Shown: piece by piece, positions 1 through 8,709 of the stretch
Layout: each line of letters opens with the position of its first letter
Numbering within the stretch: position 1 is the stretch's first letter
Source of the DNA: Candidatus Parvarchaeota archaeon
GTDB lineage: Archaea; Nanobdellota; Nanobdellia; Parvarchaeales; Parvarchaeaceae
DNA length: 49,437 nucleotides
Direction of reading: 5' to 3'
Assembly: GCA_023261805.1 (NCBI GenBank)
Contig: JAGDXV010000021.1
Location: 1 to 49,437, forward strand
Notes under the pieces: generated by a model
Database searches by the model: none
What the model saw: only the letters and a program-made list of their open reading frames with translations
Told to the model about the DNA's origin: nothing
Program-made: the position numbers and the translations under genes

Positions 1-1020
1 CTGATGTGATGATTCATAGCCATATACATCTACTACAACATTATTATTTAGCGTAATTTGTGTATATGCCCCTCCCCAATCTGATGAAGAAGTCAGAGTT
101 ATGCCATTATTAACCGAGCCGCTCCAATAAGTAGAGCTCCACCCACATTTAAGCGTTGTTCCAGCAAAGTTATCATAGAAGTTGAACACATTCGCCCCAT
201 CATCATACTCTCCATATATTGGAGAAAGCTGTGGAGCTTCACCGACATTTATACTATTAAACAAGTTTGTGGATTTCGGAGCGAAGCCCATATAAATTGT
301 TATAGATGAATCTGCAGGTATAGAGCCTATCTTTATCCACCAAATTGCATTTGTCGACGAATAACTTTCAAGCCAGGACGGTATTATTGTTCCATTGGGA
401 TAGAAGAACTCAACATTCTGTCCGAAATAACCTCTTGTGGTATTGATATAGGGCCAGACGAAACTCGTGTATGAAATATTTACCATCTGCTGAAATGGAT
501 TTGAAGTTGATGAAGATTGTGTATTTGTTATTATAACTGAAATGGGAGAGATCACTTTCCCGCTTCCAACTTGAACGTTCACTACACCGTAGCTATAAAG
601 AGGCGCTGAAACTCCAGACGAGATCATTAGATAGGAGATGTTAACATTCAAAGAAGCACTTGAAAACTTTGAACCGAAATATCCAGATACAAAACAATAG
701 CCAGACTGCCCTGGATAAAGGGTTTTTTGTGTGCAGGAACTGCCGTAGAATGTGCGTCCATTTGAAGTCACAACCCTTATGTTTGTTATATTAACCGGCG
801 AATTCCCGCTGTTCCTCAAAAAAAGACCAAGCAAACTTCCATTTGCAACCGCATCAGATGGTTTAACCCCCGAGAATCCAACTATTGTAGGTGTAGAAGT
901 AAAATAAGAAGGAGTGAATACATTCAAAGAAAAAATTATCGATATAACAAGTGCGATAATCAAAACAATTATCCCATATGTAACCAAAAACTCTAGAGAT
1001 GCCTGAGCCTTTTCCATCAT
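1..1020 (-). CDS. class III (type IV prepilin-like) signal-peptide surface protein, partial (C-terminus lies beyond window start)
   Basis: Absent from the ORF track because it runs off the edge. The reverse frame 1-1020 has no stop in 340 codons (checked triplet by triplet). N-terminus MMEKAQASLEFLVTYGIIVLIIALVISIIF is a QxSxEF(L) motif plus hydrophobic helix, typical of archaeal prepilins. Further on, SSTNAIWWIKIGSIPADSSITIYMGF resembles DUF2341-type surface domains. Confidence 0.6.
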   Translation of the reverse strand, partial: MMEKAQASLEFLVTYGIIVLIIALVISIIFSLNVFTPSYFTSTPTIVGFSGVKPSDAVANGSLLGLFLRNSGNSPVNITNIRVVTSNGRTFYGSSCTQKTLYPGQSGYCFVSGYFGSKFSSASLNVNISYLMISSGVSAPLYSYGVVNVQVGSGKVISPISVIITNTQSSSTSNPFQQMVNISYTSFVWPYINTTRGYFGQNVEFFYPNGTIIPSWLESYSSTNAIWWIKIGSIPADSSITIYMGFAPKSTNLFNSINVGEAPQLSPIYGEYDDGANVFNFYDNFAGTTLKCGWSSTYWSGSVNNGITLTSSSDWGGAYTQITLNNNVVVDVYGYESSHQ

Positions 1021-1043
1021 CTTTTATTACTCTGCATCTAAAC

Positions 1044-1949
1044 TTAAATCTTAAATGATTGAAGGGAAGAGACGAGACTGAGGAACTTGCCTGTGTTCTT
1101 TATTTTCCCGTTTATGTAGTCATCATGTATGTCTCCAACAAATACATCCTCTTTCATCAACGCTTCGCCAAATTCTTTAAAATTTATGACGCACTTCTCT
1201 CCCCTGATTCCGATCACTCTATCCTCGGAGAAAAGAAGTATAAATGAGCTTGGTTGAAACTTTTTAAATTCTCCTATCAGCCTAGAGAAAACTGAAATAT
1301 CTATGCTTCTCAGATCAATAACTCCATTCAATTTCTTCAGAATGATCATGGCGAGCCCTTTTTCAATCCCTTCGCTCTCACTGGCCCTTTTCTTTAGGTT
1401 TTCTATTAATTCGTTCACTTTATCAACCCCAACATTATTTTTGTAAGCCGCTTCAACAACTATTCCGTTCGCATCGCTTAGAAATTTCATGCCTTCTTCT
1501 CCTGCTAAGAACTTTATGGATGTTATTCCACCGATGTATGAAACCGAAACTATAGAAAAGGCGACAACCTCTTTTGTGTTCCTCGCATGCTTGTTTTTGC
1601 ACGCCGAAACATCGTAATCTCCTATCTTCACTATTCTCGCTGGTTCATTCAGATTCAATCTTTCTTCATTGAAACGAAGATTTGGAAATTTCTCCTTTCC
1701 TTCTTTAAGTGTATCGAAATGTATTGTCTCAACCGGCAAGCCCTGAAGTATAACATCGTTCGTCATCTTCAGCGCCTTTCTTATCGCATCCAGCGGTATT
1801 ATTTCTCTTATTTCGACCAGGCCTGGAGAATGCGTTGTATCTGCCTTTCTGACATGAATGTCAAGTCCAAGGTTCTGCAACGATCTTGCAAATATGTGTT
1901 CGCCAGTGTGCAGAAATGCACTTATATCATCTGAATAATCCTCGTCCAT
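1044..1949 (-). CDS. AlaX-like alanyl/threonyl-tRNA editing domain protein
   Basis: HTGEHIF (HxxxH) and SACKNKH (CxxxH) zinc motifs of the tRNA synthetase second additional domain; 301 aa with an extra C-terminal domain. Confidence 0.55.
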   Translation of the reverse strand: MDEDYSDDISAFLHTGEHIFARSLQNLGLDIHVRKADTTHSPGLVEIREIIPLDAIRKALKMTNDVILQGLPVETIHFDTLKEGKEKFPNLRFNEERLNLNEPARIVKIGDYDVSACKNKHARNTKEVVAFSIVSVSYIGGITSIKFLAGEEGMKFLSDANGIVVEAAYKNNVGVDKVNELIENLKKRASESEGIEKGLAMIILKKLNGVIDLRSIDISVFSRLIGEFKKFQPSSFILLFSEDRVIGIRGEKCVINFKEFGEALMKEDVFVGDIHDDYINGKIKNTGKFLSLVSSLQSFKI

Positions 1950-1973
1950 GAGGAGATATGATCGACCGCTGAT

Positions 1974-3239
1974 TTAAATTTGATTTAGATCAGAAAGCAG
2001 GATGTTTTCTATCCTTAAAAGAAGAGTATTTGAGAAGGCCAGTTCCAATTCCCTTGTTCTGCCGTATCTTCCATTGCTCCTTATTTTTGACATTATCAGC
2101 GAATTGTAATCCATGTCTGCTATAAGATCAGAAACCCTTCTGAAGGTCAACTTCTTCAGACCGAACCTGTCAGCATATTTGAAGTAATACTCATATACCT
2201 CTCCGCTGTAAACTTTCCCCATTTTTTTAGCCTTGCTTGCAGCTATCAGAGAATAAAGCACGCATTTCGCCTGTTTCGTCATCGATTTGACCATTTCTTC
2301 TGTTATATTCTGCTCAAGTATTTCATTCGCCTTATCGAGATGCTCCTCTTTTATCATTGAATCGCCCGATTGCTGGGCAATCTCGCCGGCTACACGAAGA
2401 AGATTAAGCGCCTTTCTGATGTCTCCATTTTCTTGTGCAGCCAAGGCCGCACATTTTTGAATTACGCCTTCTCCAAGTGCATTTTCAAAGAAAGCGTCTC
2501 TGGCTCTGATGGAAAGTATGTCCGCTATCTCTACGGCATTGTAAGGCCTGAAAACAATCTCAACAGGACTTAAGGAACTTTTAACTCTTTGGTCGAGAAG
2601 AGACTTAAGATTCGTGTTGTTTGATATTCCTATTATTGATAGCTTTGATTTCTTAAGCAGCTCGTTCATTCTCAACAAGCTGTAAAGTATCTCATCTCCG
2701 CTGTGTTGTATCAGCTTCTCGATTTCGTCTAATATTATTATCACTACTCTTTCCTTTGAATCTATCACAGATATCAGTTTTTTGTACAGGATGCTGACTG
2801 AAAGGCCGCTCACGGGTGCTTTGATTCCAAATATTGTGCATAAATTAGATATAAGGCGGTATTCTGTTATATTGTTCTCGAGTCTGCAGTTTATGTAAAG
2901 GGGCATCACATCAACCTCTTTCTCCATAGCTGTGGAAGCAAGATTGTGCGCAACGTATCTTGTCACAAGCGATTTTCCCGTGCCTGAAAAGCCATAGATC
3001 AAAACATTCGAAACACGCTCTAAAAGAAGACTAGGAGCAAGAACGCTTGAAAGCTTTTGTATCTCTTCATCTCTGTGAAGTATTACATCAGGAACAAAAG
3101 ATGAGGATAAAATCTCTTTATCCTTAAATATTCGTTTCTTTAGAAGAAACTCGTTGAAAATTTCTTTAGGATCAACAGGCTTCTTTGCCTGTGTTTGCGG
3201 TAATAAGTCGTTTATTGGCTTTAAATCATTTTGATCCAT
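1974..3239 (-). CDS. cdc6: Orc1/Cdc6 replication initiator
   Basis: Walker A GFSGTGKS, Walker B IIILDEIE, AAA+ lid and C-terminal winged helix; adjacent to a repeat-bearing AT-rich intergenic region. Confidence 0.95.
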   Translation of the reverse strand: MDQNDLKPINDLLPQTQAKKPVDPKEIFNEFLLKKRIFKDKEILSSSFVPDVILHRDEEIQKLSSVLAPSLLLERVSNVLIYGFSGTGKSLVTRYVAHNLASTAMEKEVDVMPLYINCRLENNITEYRLISNLCTIFGIKAPVSGLSVSILYKKLISVIDSKERVVIIILDEIEKLIQHSGDEILYSLLRMNELLKKSKLSIIGISNNTNLKSLLDQRVKSSLSPVEIVFRPYNAVEIADILSIRARDAFFENALGEGVIQKCAALAAQENGDIRKALNLLRVAGEIAQQSGDSMIKEEHLDKANEILEQNITEEMVKSMTKQAKCVLYSLIAASKAKKMGKVYSGEVYEYYFKYADRFGLKKLTFRRVSDLIADMDYNSLIMSKIRSNGRYGRTRELELAFSNTLLLRIENILLSDLNQI

Positions 3240-3249
3240 ACCTTGACCA

Positions 3250-3269
3250 TTTCCTGTCGAAAACGACGG
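3250..3269 (+). repeat. ORB-like element tttcctgtcgaaaacgacgg
   Basis: Matches 3557-3576 over the core tttccNgtcgaaa; resembles the archaeal mini-ORB ttccagtggaaac. Confidence 0.5.
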
Positions 3270-3315
3270 CTAAATGATAATACTATGAACGTTACTTGTA
3301 TTTAAATGTTTTATT

Positions 3316-3341
3316 GCACTTTAGTTATATAACTAGAGTGC
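3316..3341. repeat. 26-nt near-perfect palindrome gcactttagttat/ataactagagtgc
   Basis: 13-nt arms with one mismatch, read directly from the sequence. Confidence 0.7.
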
Positions 3342-3365
3342 AAGGAGAGAGTAGAGATACCTATG

Positions 3366-3378
3366 TTTCTTATGGAAA
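3366..3378 (-). repeat. mini-ORB-like element (reverse complement tttccataagaaa)
   Basis: Inverted copy of 3486-3497 (ttccataagaaa); together they bracket the AT-rich stretch. Confidence 0.5.
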
Positions 3379-3485
3379 TATTTTGTATATAATATAATTA
3401 ATTATTTTTGAGGATTTCTCTTCTTATTTCTATATTGAATTAAACAAAAATAATAAATAAAATTTCCATAGGAAATTTAAGTGTG

Positions 3486-3497
3486 TTCCATAAGAAA
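3486..3497 (+). repeat. mini-ORB-like element ttccataagaaa
   Basis: Inverted partner of 3366-3378. Related copies are tttccataggaaa at 3463-3475 and tttccaatgaaaa at 3543-3555. Confidence 0.5.
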
Positions 3498-3556
3498 AAT
3501 TCCTAAATTTAGTAGATTTCTGATTACCATTTTCATCCTACATTTCCAATGAAAAG

Positions 3557-3576
3557 TTTTCCAGTCGAAACAGTGG
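3557..3576 (+). repeat. ORB-like element ttttccagtcgaaacagtgg
   Basis: Closest match in the window to the archaeal ORB core (ttccagtNgaaac); direct repeat of 3250-3269. Confidence 0.55.
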
Positions 3577-3660
3577 TAACTTTTTCTATTTTTAATATTT
3601 TGTTGTCATATAAACTTATCATTCTTTTTTACTGTGTAATAATTTTAAAGACCGAAAAGT

Positions 3661-3668
3661 ATTTATAT
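3661..3668 (+). promoter_or_regulatory. TATA box (tttatata) for the 3692 gene
   Basis: Lies 24-31 nt upstream of the ATG at 3692, consistent with a leaderless or short-leader archaeal transcript. Confidence 0.4.
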
Positions 3669-3691
3669 AAGTTAAAACCATAATACTACTC

Positions 3692-6172
3692 ATGCATTCG
3701 AAGATTTTTGATGATGTAACGATGGTGATAATTTTAGTCACACTACTCCTCAGCGTGATAGGCGTATCGCATGCTCAACAACCATGTTCGAATCTTGTGA
3801 TAAATGAGAGTACTCAGCTGACTGGGTTAGTGAATGATTCCGATTGCTTTCTTGTGATTCAAAAGGGTGCAATCCTTTCTGCCGAAAATAGTAGAATAAT
3901 TACTCAAGGTATATTGATAAAAAATGGCACTTTAGATGTGACCGGTTCATTCTATTCTAATGCTAAAGTGATTAATATTACTAGATTCGGTGTTCTTGAG
4001 ACAGATGGAGGAATTATAAATAACGACAATGTGACAATTAATTTATCAAATCTTGTTAATTTTAGTAATTATGGAGTAGTTTATTTGCACCAATTCATAT
4101 TTAAATCAATTAACTTTGATAATTATGGAAAAATTTATCAATATGAAGCATCCACAAACAATTCATTGGGAAACGGGACTTCATATTTTCATTCATATTG
4201 CGGTTCGGGAGCTGGAGGAGAAGGTTACGCATCGTCCGGATCGATAAGCTTCTACGGTGGGAGCACAGTAGCAGCGGGTGGTGCCGGCCAGCTTTCTAGC
4301 GGGTCCTTTACGCAAGGTATGAAGTCTCCATTGAAGTCAACAACTTATGTGTTGAATTATTCTCTTCTTGCTGGGGCGGGTGGCGGCGCCTTTTTCTACA
4401 ATCTTAATACAATCTCAACAACATTCCCGGGCGGTTTTGGAATGTCTGGTTTGGTTATAATAGCCGACAAGTTTTACAATAATGGAACTATTTATGATCA
4501 AGGCCAGGCGTTTGATCCTTATTCGGTGTCAGAGATCAGACATTATGGATATGAGTATGATGGTTTAGGTGGAGGTGGCGGCTCGGGATGTGTTGAGGTG
4601 ATAGCTAACAAGACATATAATCCGGGGTCAATAAATGTTTCAGCGATAAAGTATGCCTATCCGGGCTCTTCTTTCATTACACAAGGCGGATCTGGACAAG
4701 TGTTTTTCTTTAATGTATCTACTAAAAAGTTATCAGAATTAGGGTTAAATCTTACTACAAATAGTGAGAATAACATCACTGAAAATTCACATGAAAACTT
4801 TACTATCAAAGAAGAGGGTTTACCTTATAATACAACTTGGTCGATCAATTATGGAGGCAAGTCATTCATTTTCGATAGCCCAACTATTATACTTAATTTT
4901 TCATCGAATAGTAGTATATTTAATGTTAATATTGTAGACCTCAACGGGAGCATCTACTATCCTTATCCAAGCGCAGGTGAGGCATCAAATAATAAAACCA
5001 TTTTGATAGATTTCTTCCTTCCAAGTAAAACTATTTATAACAATAAAACAACAAATAACGTTTATAAAAATACTATTTTTAACAATAAAACTCTTATCTA
5101 TAATGAGACTATCAATCTGACTTCACTTGAGAACGTTCTGAAGAGTAAACTTTCTAATATAAGCAGCAATATTTCAAGCAGTTTATTGAATAAGTTTTCT
5201 AATTTGATAAAAAACATCTCTGATGAAAATTTATTGATCAATCAAATAGATGAGAACGTCTCAAAAAGTTTTAATGAAAGTTTTCTCTTATTTAAGACTA
5301 TTAAAAATATCTCTTCAGATAACGCATTTACACTCAATTCAACTGAGCAAACAGAGGCCAAGAATATGTCGAAGCTTGATTCACTCTTAAATGATCTTTC
5401 ATCTAAGATTTTATACATGAATGAGAGTCTTGAGAAAATTCAGTCGATTATGAATGATAATGAAATTGACATGAATGATCTTCTTTATTCCATAAATTCA
5501 ACAGATTACAAAAGCGAAGCCAGCATTAATAAAACATTGTACAATGAGATTGCCTCTTTAGATAGATCTGTCCTCCAAATAGCCAGTTCTCAGGCTCAAA
5601 ATTCTTTGAATGTGTCTGCTCTAAACAATTATCTCAACGGGTTAAATTCAAATATTGATGCAAATTCCGCGCAGATTTCAGCTATCAATAAGTATGTTGG
5701 AGGATTAAGCTCCGATCTAAATTCAATTTACGAGACTATAGAAAATGGTAACAATATTACAATAAGTAACGAGAATACTTTGAACTCTCTAATGAATAAT
5801 TTAAGTTATGAAATTAATATGACCCAAAAACTGGTCAATAAAACATCTGATCCGGTTTTGTACGGGAATTATAGCCTCGACATGAAAAACACCAAAGGCC
5901 TTCTTAATATCACACAGAATGGATCAACAGTCACATATTTCTTTGGGCCCGAAAACAACACCGCAGAAAACGTTACTTTGATAGAGGGGAAGCAACGCAT
6001 TAGGATCGTTTTTCTACCACAGGATCTAATGAAGACTTTCACCACAGCCCCATCAAACAGCAGTTCAAACAAAGGCAACCTTTCCTCAGGGCAGACACAA
6101 GGAGGATCTATATTCTCCATATTGAGTGGGTTTTTCTACAAGTTATCATCTTCAATTTCCTCTTTGATTTGA
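3692..6172 (+). CDS. large secreted Gly-rich / Asn-Ser-rich surface protein (beta-helix-like head, coiled-coil-like stalk), function unknown
   Basis: Sec-type signal (LLLSVIGVSHA/QQ). Gly blocks (GSGAGGEG, AGAGGGAFFYN, GLGGGGGSG) alternate with short hydrophobic strands. The C-terminal half is Asn/Ser/Leu-rich with very many N-x-S/T sequons. Confidence 0.7.
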   Translation: MHSKIFDDVTMVIILVTLLLSVIGVSHAQQPCSNLVINESTQLTGLVNDSDCFLVIQKGAILSAENSRIITQGILIKNGTLDVTGSFYSNAKVINITRFGVLETDGGIINNDNVTINLSNLVNFSNYGVVYLHQFIFKSINFDNYGKIYQYEASTNNSLGNGTSYFHSYCGSGAGGEGYASSGSISFYGGSTVAAGGAGQLSSGSFTQGMKSPLKSTTYVLNYSLLAGAGGGAFFYNLNTISTTFPGGFGMSGLVIIADKFYNNGTIYDQGQAFDPYSVSEIRHYGYEYDGLGGGGGSGCVEVIANKTYNPGSINVSAIKYAYPGSSFITQGGSGQVFFFNVSTKKLSELGLNLTTNSENNITENSHENFTIKEEGLPYNTTWSINYGGKSFIFDSPTIILNFSSNSSIFNVNIVDLNGSIYYPYPSAGEASNNKTILIDFFLPSKTIYNNKTTNNVYKNTIFNNKTLIYNETINLTSLENVLKSKLSNISSNISSSLLNKFSNLIKNISDENLLINQIDENVSKSFNESFLLFKTIKNISSDNAFTLNSTEQTEAKNMSKLDSLLNDLSSKILYMNESLEKIQSIMNDNEIDMNDLLYSINSTDYKSEASINKTLYNEIASLDRSVLQIASSQAQNSLNVSALNNYLNGLNSNIDANSAQISAINKYVGGLSSDLNSIYETIENGNNITISNENTLNSLMNNLSYEINMTQKLVNKTSDPVLYGNYSLDMKNTKGLLNITQNGSTVTYFFGPENNTAENVTLIEGKQRIRIVFLPQDLMKTFTTAPSNSSSNKGNLSSGQTQGGSIFSILSGFFYKLSSSISSLI

Positions 6173-6174
6173 TT

Positions 6175-6768
6175 ATGGAAGACAAAGATCTTGATAAATT
6201 ATATGACTTGATATACAAGCTTAATGAAGAAGTCGCCGAATTGAAGAGGCGGAGTGAGGAAGTCAAACAAGATCCTGATGAAAGTCAAATGGATGTTGTA
6301 ACGGATCAGGAGCACGTGCTTGTAGATCCTCATTCCCTCGGCGAATACAAGAATGTATCTTTACCGAATGGAAGCGTGCTGAAGATGCGCACTTATCCTA
6401 TGTGTGTAAATGGTAGGCACGTAATAAATGATCTTAGTGATATTGTTTTCTGCTCGAGATGCGGTGGTGCAATATGCAGCAAACATGCACTCGATATAGA
6501 CCCTCCTTTGTGTAAGAATTGTATCAGGGAAGAAGTGGGTATTCTGAGCGAAGCAGAGATTGCTGTGCTTGTAGCGGTTTCAAAAGGAGTGCCTTTTTGG
6601 AGAATGACAAAGACTTTGAAAGTTAGCAGAGGTCTTGTCAGCAAAAGTCTGGAAAAACTCAGATCGCTTGGTTTCATAAGGCTTGGCTTTCCAAACTTTC
6701 TGCGTTATGAGACGACGATGGATGGAGATAATTTCATCAGACTCGCTAGTTTCATATACGATATTTAA
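6175..6768 (+). CDS. zinc-ribbon plus winged-HTH protein
   Basis: Cys cluster (C...CSRCGGAIC..H...CKNC) followed by LSEAEIAVLVAVSKG...VSRGLVSKSLEKLRSLGFIR. The ATG at 6175 is 2 nt after the upstream stop; the track start at 6169 is TTG. Confidence 0.6.
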   Translation: MEDKDLDKLYDLIYKLNEEVAELKRRSEEVKQDPDESQMDVVTDQEHVLVDPHSLGEYKNVSLPNGSVLKMRTYPMCVNGRHVINDLSDIVFCSRCGGAICSKHALDIDPPLCKNCIREEVGILSEAEIAVLVAVSKGVPFWRMTKTLKVSRGLVSKSLEKLRSLGFIRLGFPNFLRYETTMDGDNFIRLASFIYDI

Positions 6769-6771
6769 TTT

Positions 6772-8709
6772 ATGGATCTGGATAAGCTTTCGCAAATAGT
6801 TGAGGAAATGAATCTTTATAATGGAAAGGCAGACTTATCAAAGCTGAGGAGCTTAGTTGACAGGTACGCGAAAACATATGACAGGCAGATGGGAGAGTTC
6901 ATACTTTCGCAGATTCAAAAAGAGCTTTTTGATTTAAAGAGAAAGGCGCTTATTTCTGTCAATCAAGGGACGACGGCAATAAGAAGTGAAGATGCCGACA
7001 TGCGAATCGGTAAAATAGGCAATAGTGATTTTTTCCTATCCTCAAAAGATTTTAATAGGAATATTTTGATCACAGGCTCTGTTGGCCACGGTAAAACAAC
7101 ATTGGTTGCAGCCATGCTAAGGGAGCTGATCAAGAAGAACATCAACTTTCTGGTTTTTGATATAAAGAGAGATTATTGGAGTCTCGCGCTTAATAAGGAC
7201 ACTTTTTGTGTGGATGTCAGGAAAATAAAGATAAATCCGTTAGAGGCTCCTCCAAATGTAGACCTGAAAGAGTGGGCGGTTCATGTAGCCGATTTCTTTG
7301 CTCATTCTTTCTCTTTGCTTATAGGCAGCAGAGATTTTCTTCTCTTATCGCTCTTATCTCTCTATTCGCAATGGAAACATGAGTATTCTCCTTCATTGAG
7401 CGATTTGTCCAAGTTTATAGAACTTCAGGTTAAACCAAACGAGTACAGCACCGTTGTCCTTAATCGTTTGAGAGCTCTCACTTCGTCAAATAGTTTTCTT
7501 GACTGTAATCATGGCCTTTTACTTGATAAATTTGCGGACAAGAATCTCATCTTAGGTATAGATAAGTTAGGTCTTGCTGAACAGAAATTTGTCGCCTCTT
7601 ATTTTCTTTCTTTTCTATATTTTCTCAACATGAACTCAAATCATAGAAACAAACTTCAGAAAGTTGTTGTGATAGATGATGCGCATTCTCTCCTTGATGT
7701 GAATCAAGAAATGAGTAAAGAGATGGGGATTCCCCTCCTTCACACCATAATAGCCAAAGCAAGAGAGTTTGGGATCGGTTTTGTTTTTGCAGATCAGCAA
7801 GTATCTTCGCTTCTTTCAACGGCAATAGAGAACACAAATACGAAGTTCATAGGGAGAACAAACCTTGTCAATGAGCTGGGTTCAATAATAGATTCTTCTG
7901 CCCTTCAGGAGGCGCAGGATAAAATTAGGTCGTTGGGCGTGGGAGAATTTTTAGTTGTTTCCCCTTCTGTTTCCTCTTTGGAGGTCATGAAGGCAGACAA
8001 CGTTGTTTTGGATAAAGGCATAGACCAGAGCATTCTAGAGATGAAAAATCTGCAGCATAAAGAACTTTTCTCTTTCATAAGGTATTCTGATTCAGAGGAG
8101 AGGACAGCCATTTTCATTAAAGAGCTCTTGGATAACCCATTTGCGAATATTAGTCAGCACATTAAGAATTTATCGGGGAGTATAAACAGGGATGGTTTTC
8201 TACTTTTTAGGAATGAATTATTTCATGATGATTTGATATACGAGGTCAAGATAAAATTAGATGAGAACAGAGAGGCAAAATTTCTTTATGTGAATGAAGA
8301 TAAAAAGGAAAGAGTAATGAAACTCCTCTATGGAGACCCGAAACCGATAGAAAACAACAGAGAATTTAGGCAGATGCCGAAGGTTCTCAGCAGAAGTGAA
8401 TTTATGTCTTTATTACTGAGAAAACTCGCAAAGACTGTTTTAAGGAGAAACAATCTCAGATTTGATGAGGATGAAAATGGTTTGCTCATAAGAGATAAGA
8501 GGGTTTATATTGTCTTTATGCACGACCTTCTTTCACTGGCCAAGTTACTTGAGACGCCTTTCAGCAAGGTAATAGATGTTGTACCGGACAATGTGAATGA
8601 CGCTGAAATAATTGTTGACTTATTGAAGATTATGAAAGGAGGAGATATCTCCGCATTTCATGTTGCCCACATCGACACCCTCGATAAAATCATCTTAAAC
8701 TATCTTTAA
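6772..8709 (+). CDS. HerA/FtsK-superfamily (COG0433/DUF87-like) P-loop ATPase with about 200 aa C-terminal extension
   Basis: Walker A GSVGHGKT followed by FLVFDIKRDY; INPLE; Walker B VVVIDDAH; FADQQVSSL. Starts 3 nt after the upstream stop. Confidence 0.75.
   Translation: MDLDKLSQIVEEMNLYNGKADLSKLRSLVDRYAKTYDRQMGEFILSQIQKELFDLKRKALISVNQGTTAIRSEDADMRIGKIGNSDFFLSSKDFNRNILITGSVGHGKTTLVAAMLRELIKKNINFLVFDIKRDYWSLALNKDTFCVDVRKIKINPLEAPPNVDLKEWAVHVADFFAHSFSLLIGSRDFLLLSLLSLYSQWKHEYSPSLSDLSKFIELQVKPNEYSTVVLNRLRALTSSNSFLDCNHGLLLDKFADKNLILGIDKLGLAEQKFVASYFLSFLYFLNMNSNHRNKLQKVVVIDDAHSLLDVNQEMSKEMGIPLLHTIIAKAREFGIGFVFADQQVSSLLSTAIENTNTKFIGRTNLVNELGSIIDSSALQEAQDKIRSLGVGEFLVVSPSVSSLEVMKADNVVLDKGIDQSILEMKNLQHKELFSFIRYSDSEERTAIFIKELLDNPFANISQHIKNLSGSINRDGFLLFRNELFHDDLIYEVKIKLDENREAKFLYVNEDKKERVMKLLYGDPKPIENNREFRQMPKVLSRSEFMSLLLRKLAKTVLRRNNLRFDEDENGLLIRDKRVYIVFMHDLLSLAKLLETPFSKVIDVVPDNVNDAEIIVDLLKIMKGGDISAFHVAHIDTLDKIILNYL

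Larger units (their letters stand above)
3240..3691. other. putative chromosomal replication origin (ORB-like repeats flanking an AT-rich unwinding element)
   Basis: A 452-nt non-coding gap directly upstream of orc1/cdc6. It holds six copies of a ttcc-N3/4-gaaa core, two of them extended as tttccNgtcgaaa. An inverted pair brackets a nearly pure A/T stretch at 3379-3462. Confidence 0.6.

Noticed and set aside
5000-5850. Possible tandem DNA repeat or minisatellite in the Asn/Ser-rich part of the 826-aa gene.
   Set aside because: No exact periodic unit could be traced by eye. It appears to be compositionally biased coding sequence rather than a repeat array.
3692-8709. Provirus, plasmid or integrated conjugative element.
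   Set aside because: No integrase, capsid, replication-initiator or att-like direct repeats were seen. The block sits between the origin and core metabolic genes.
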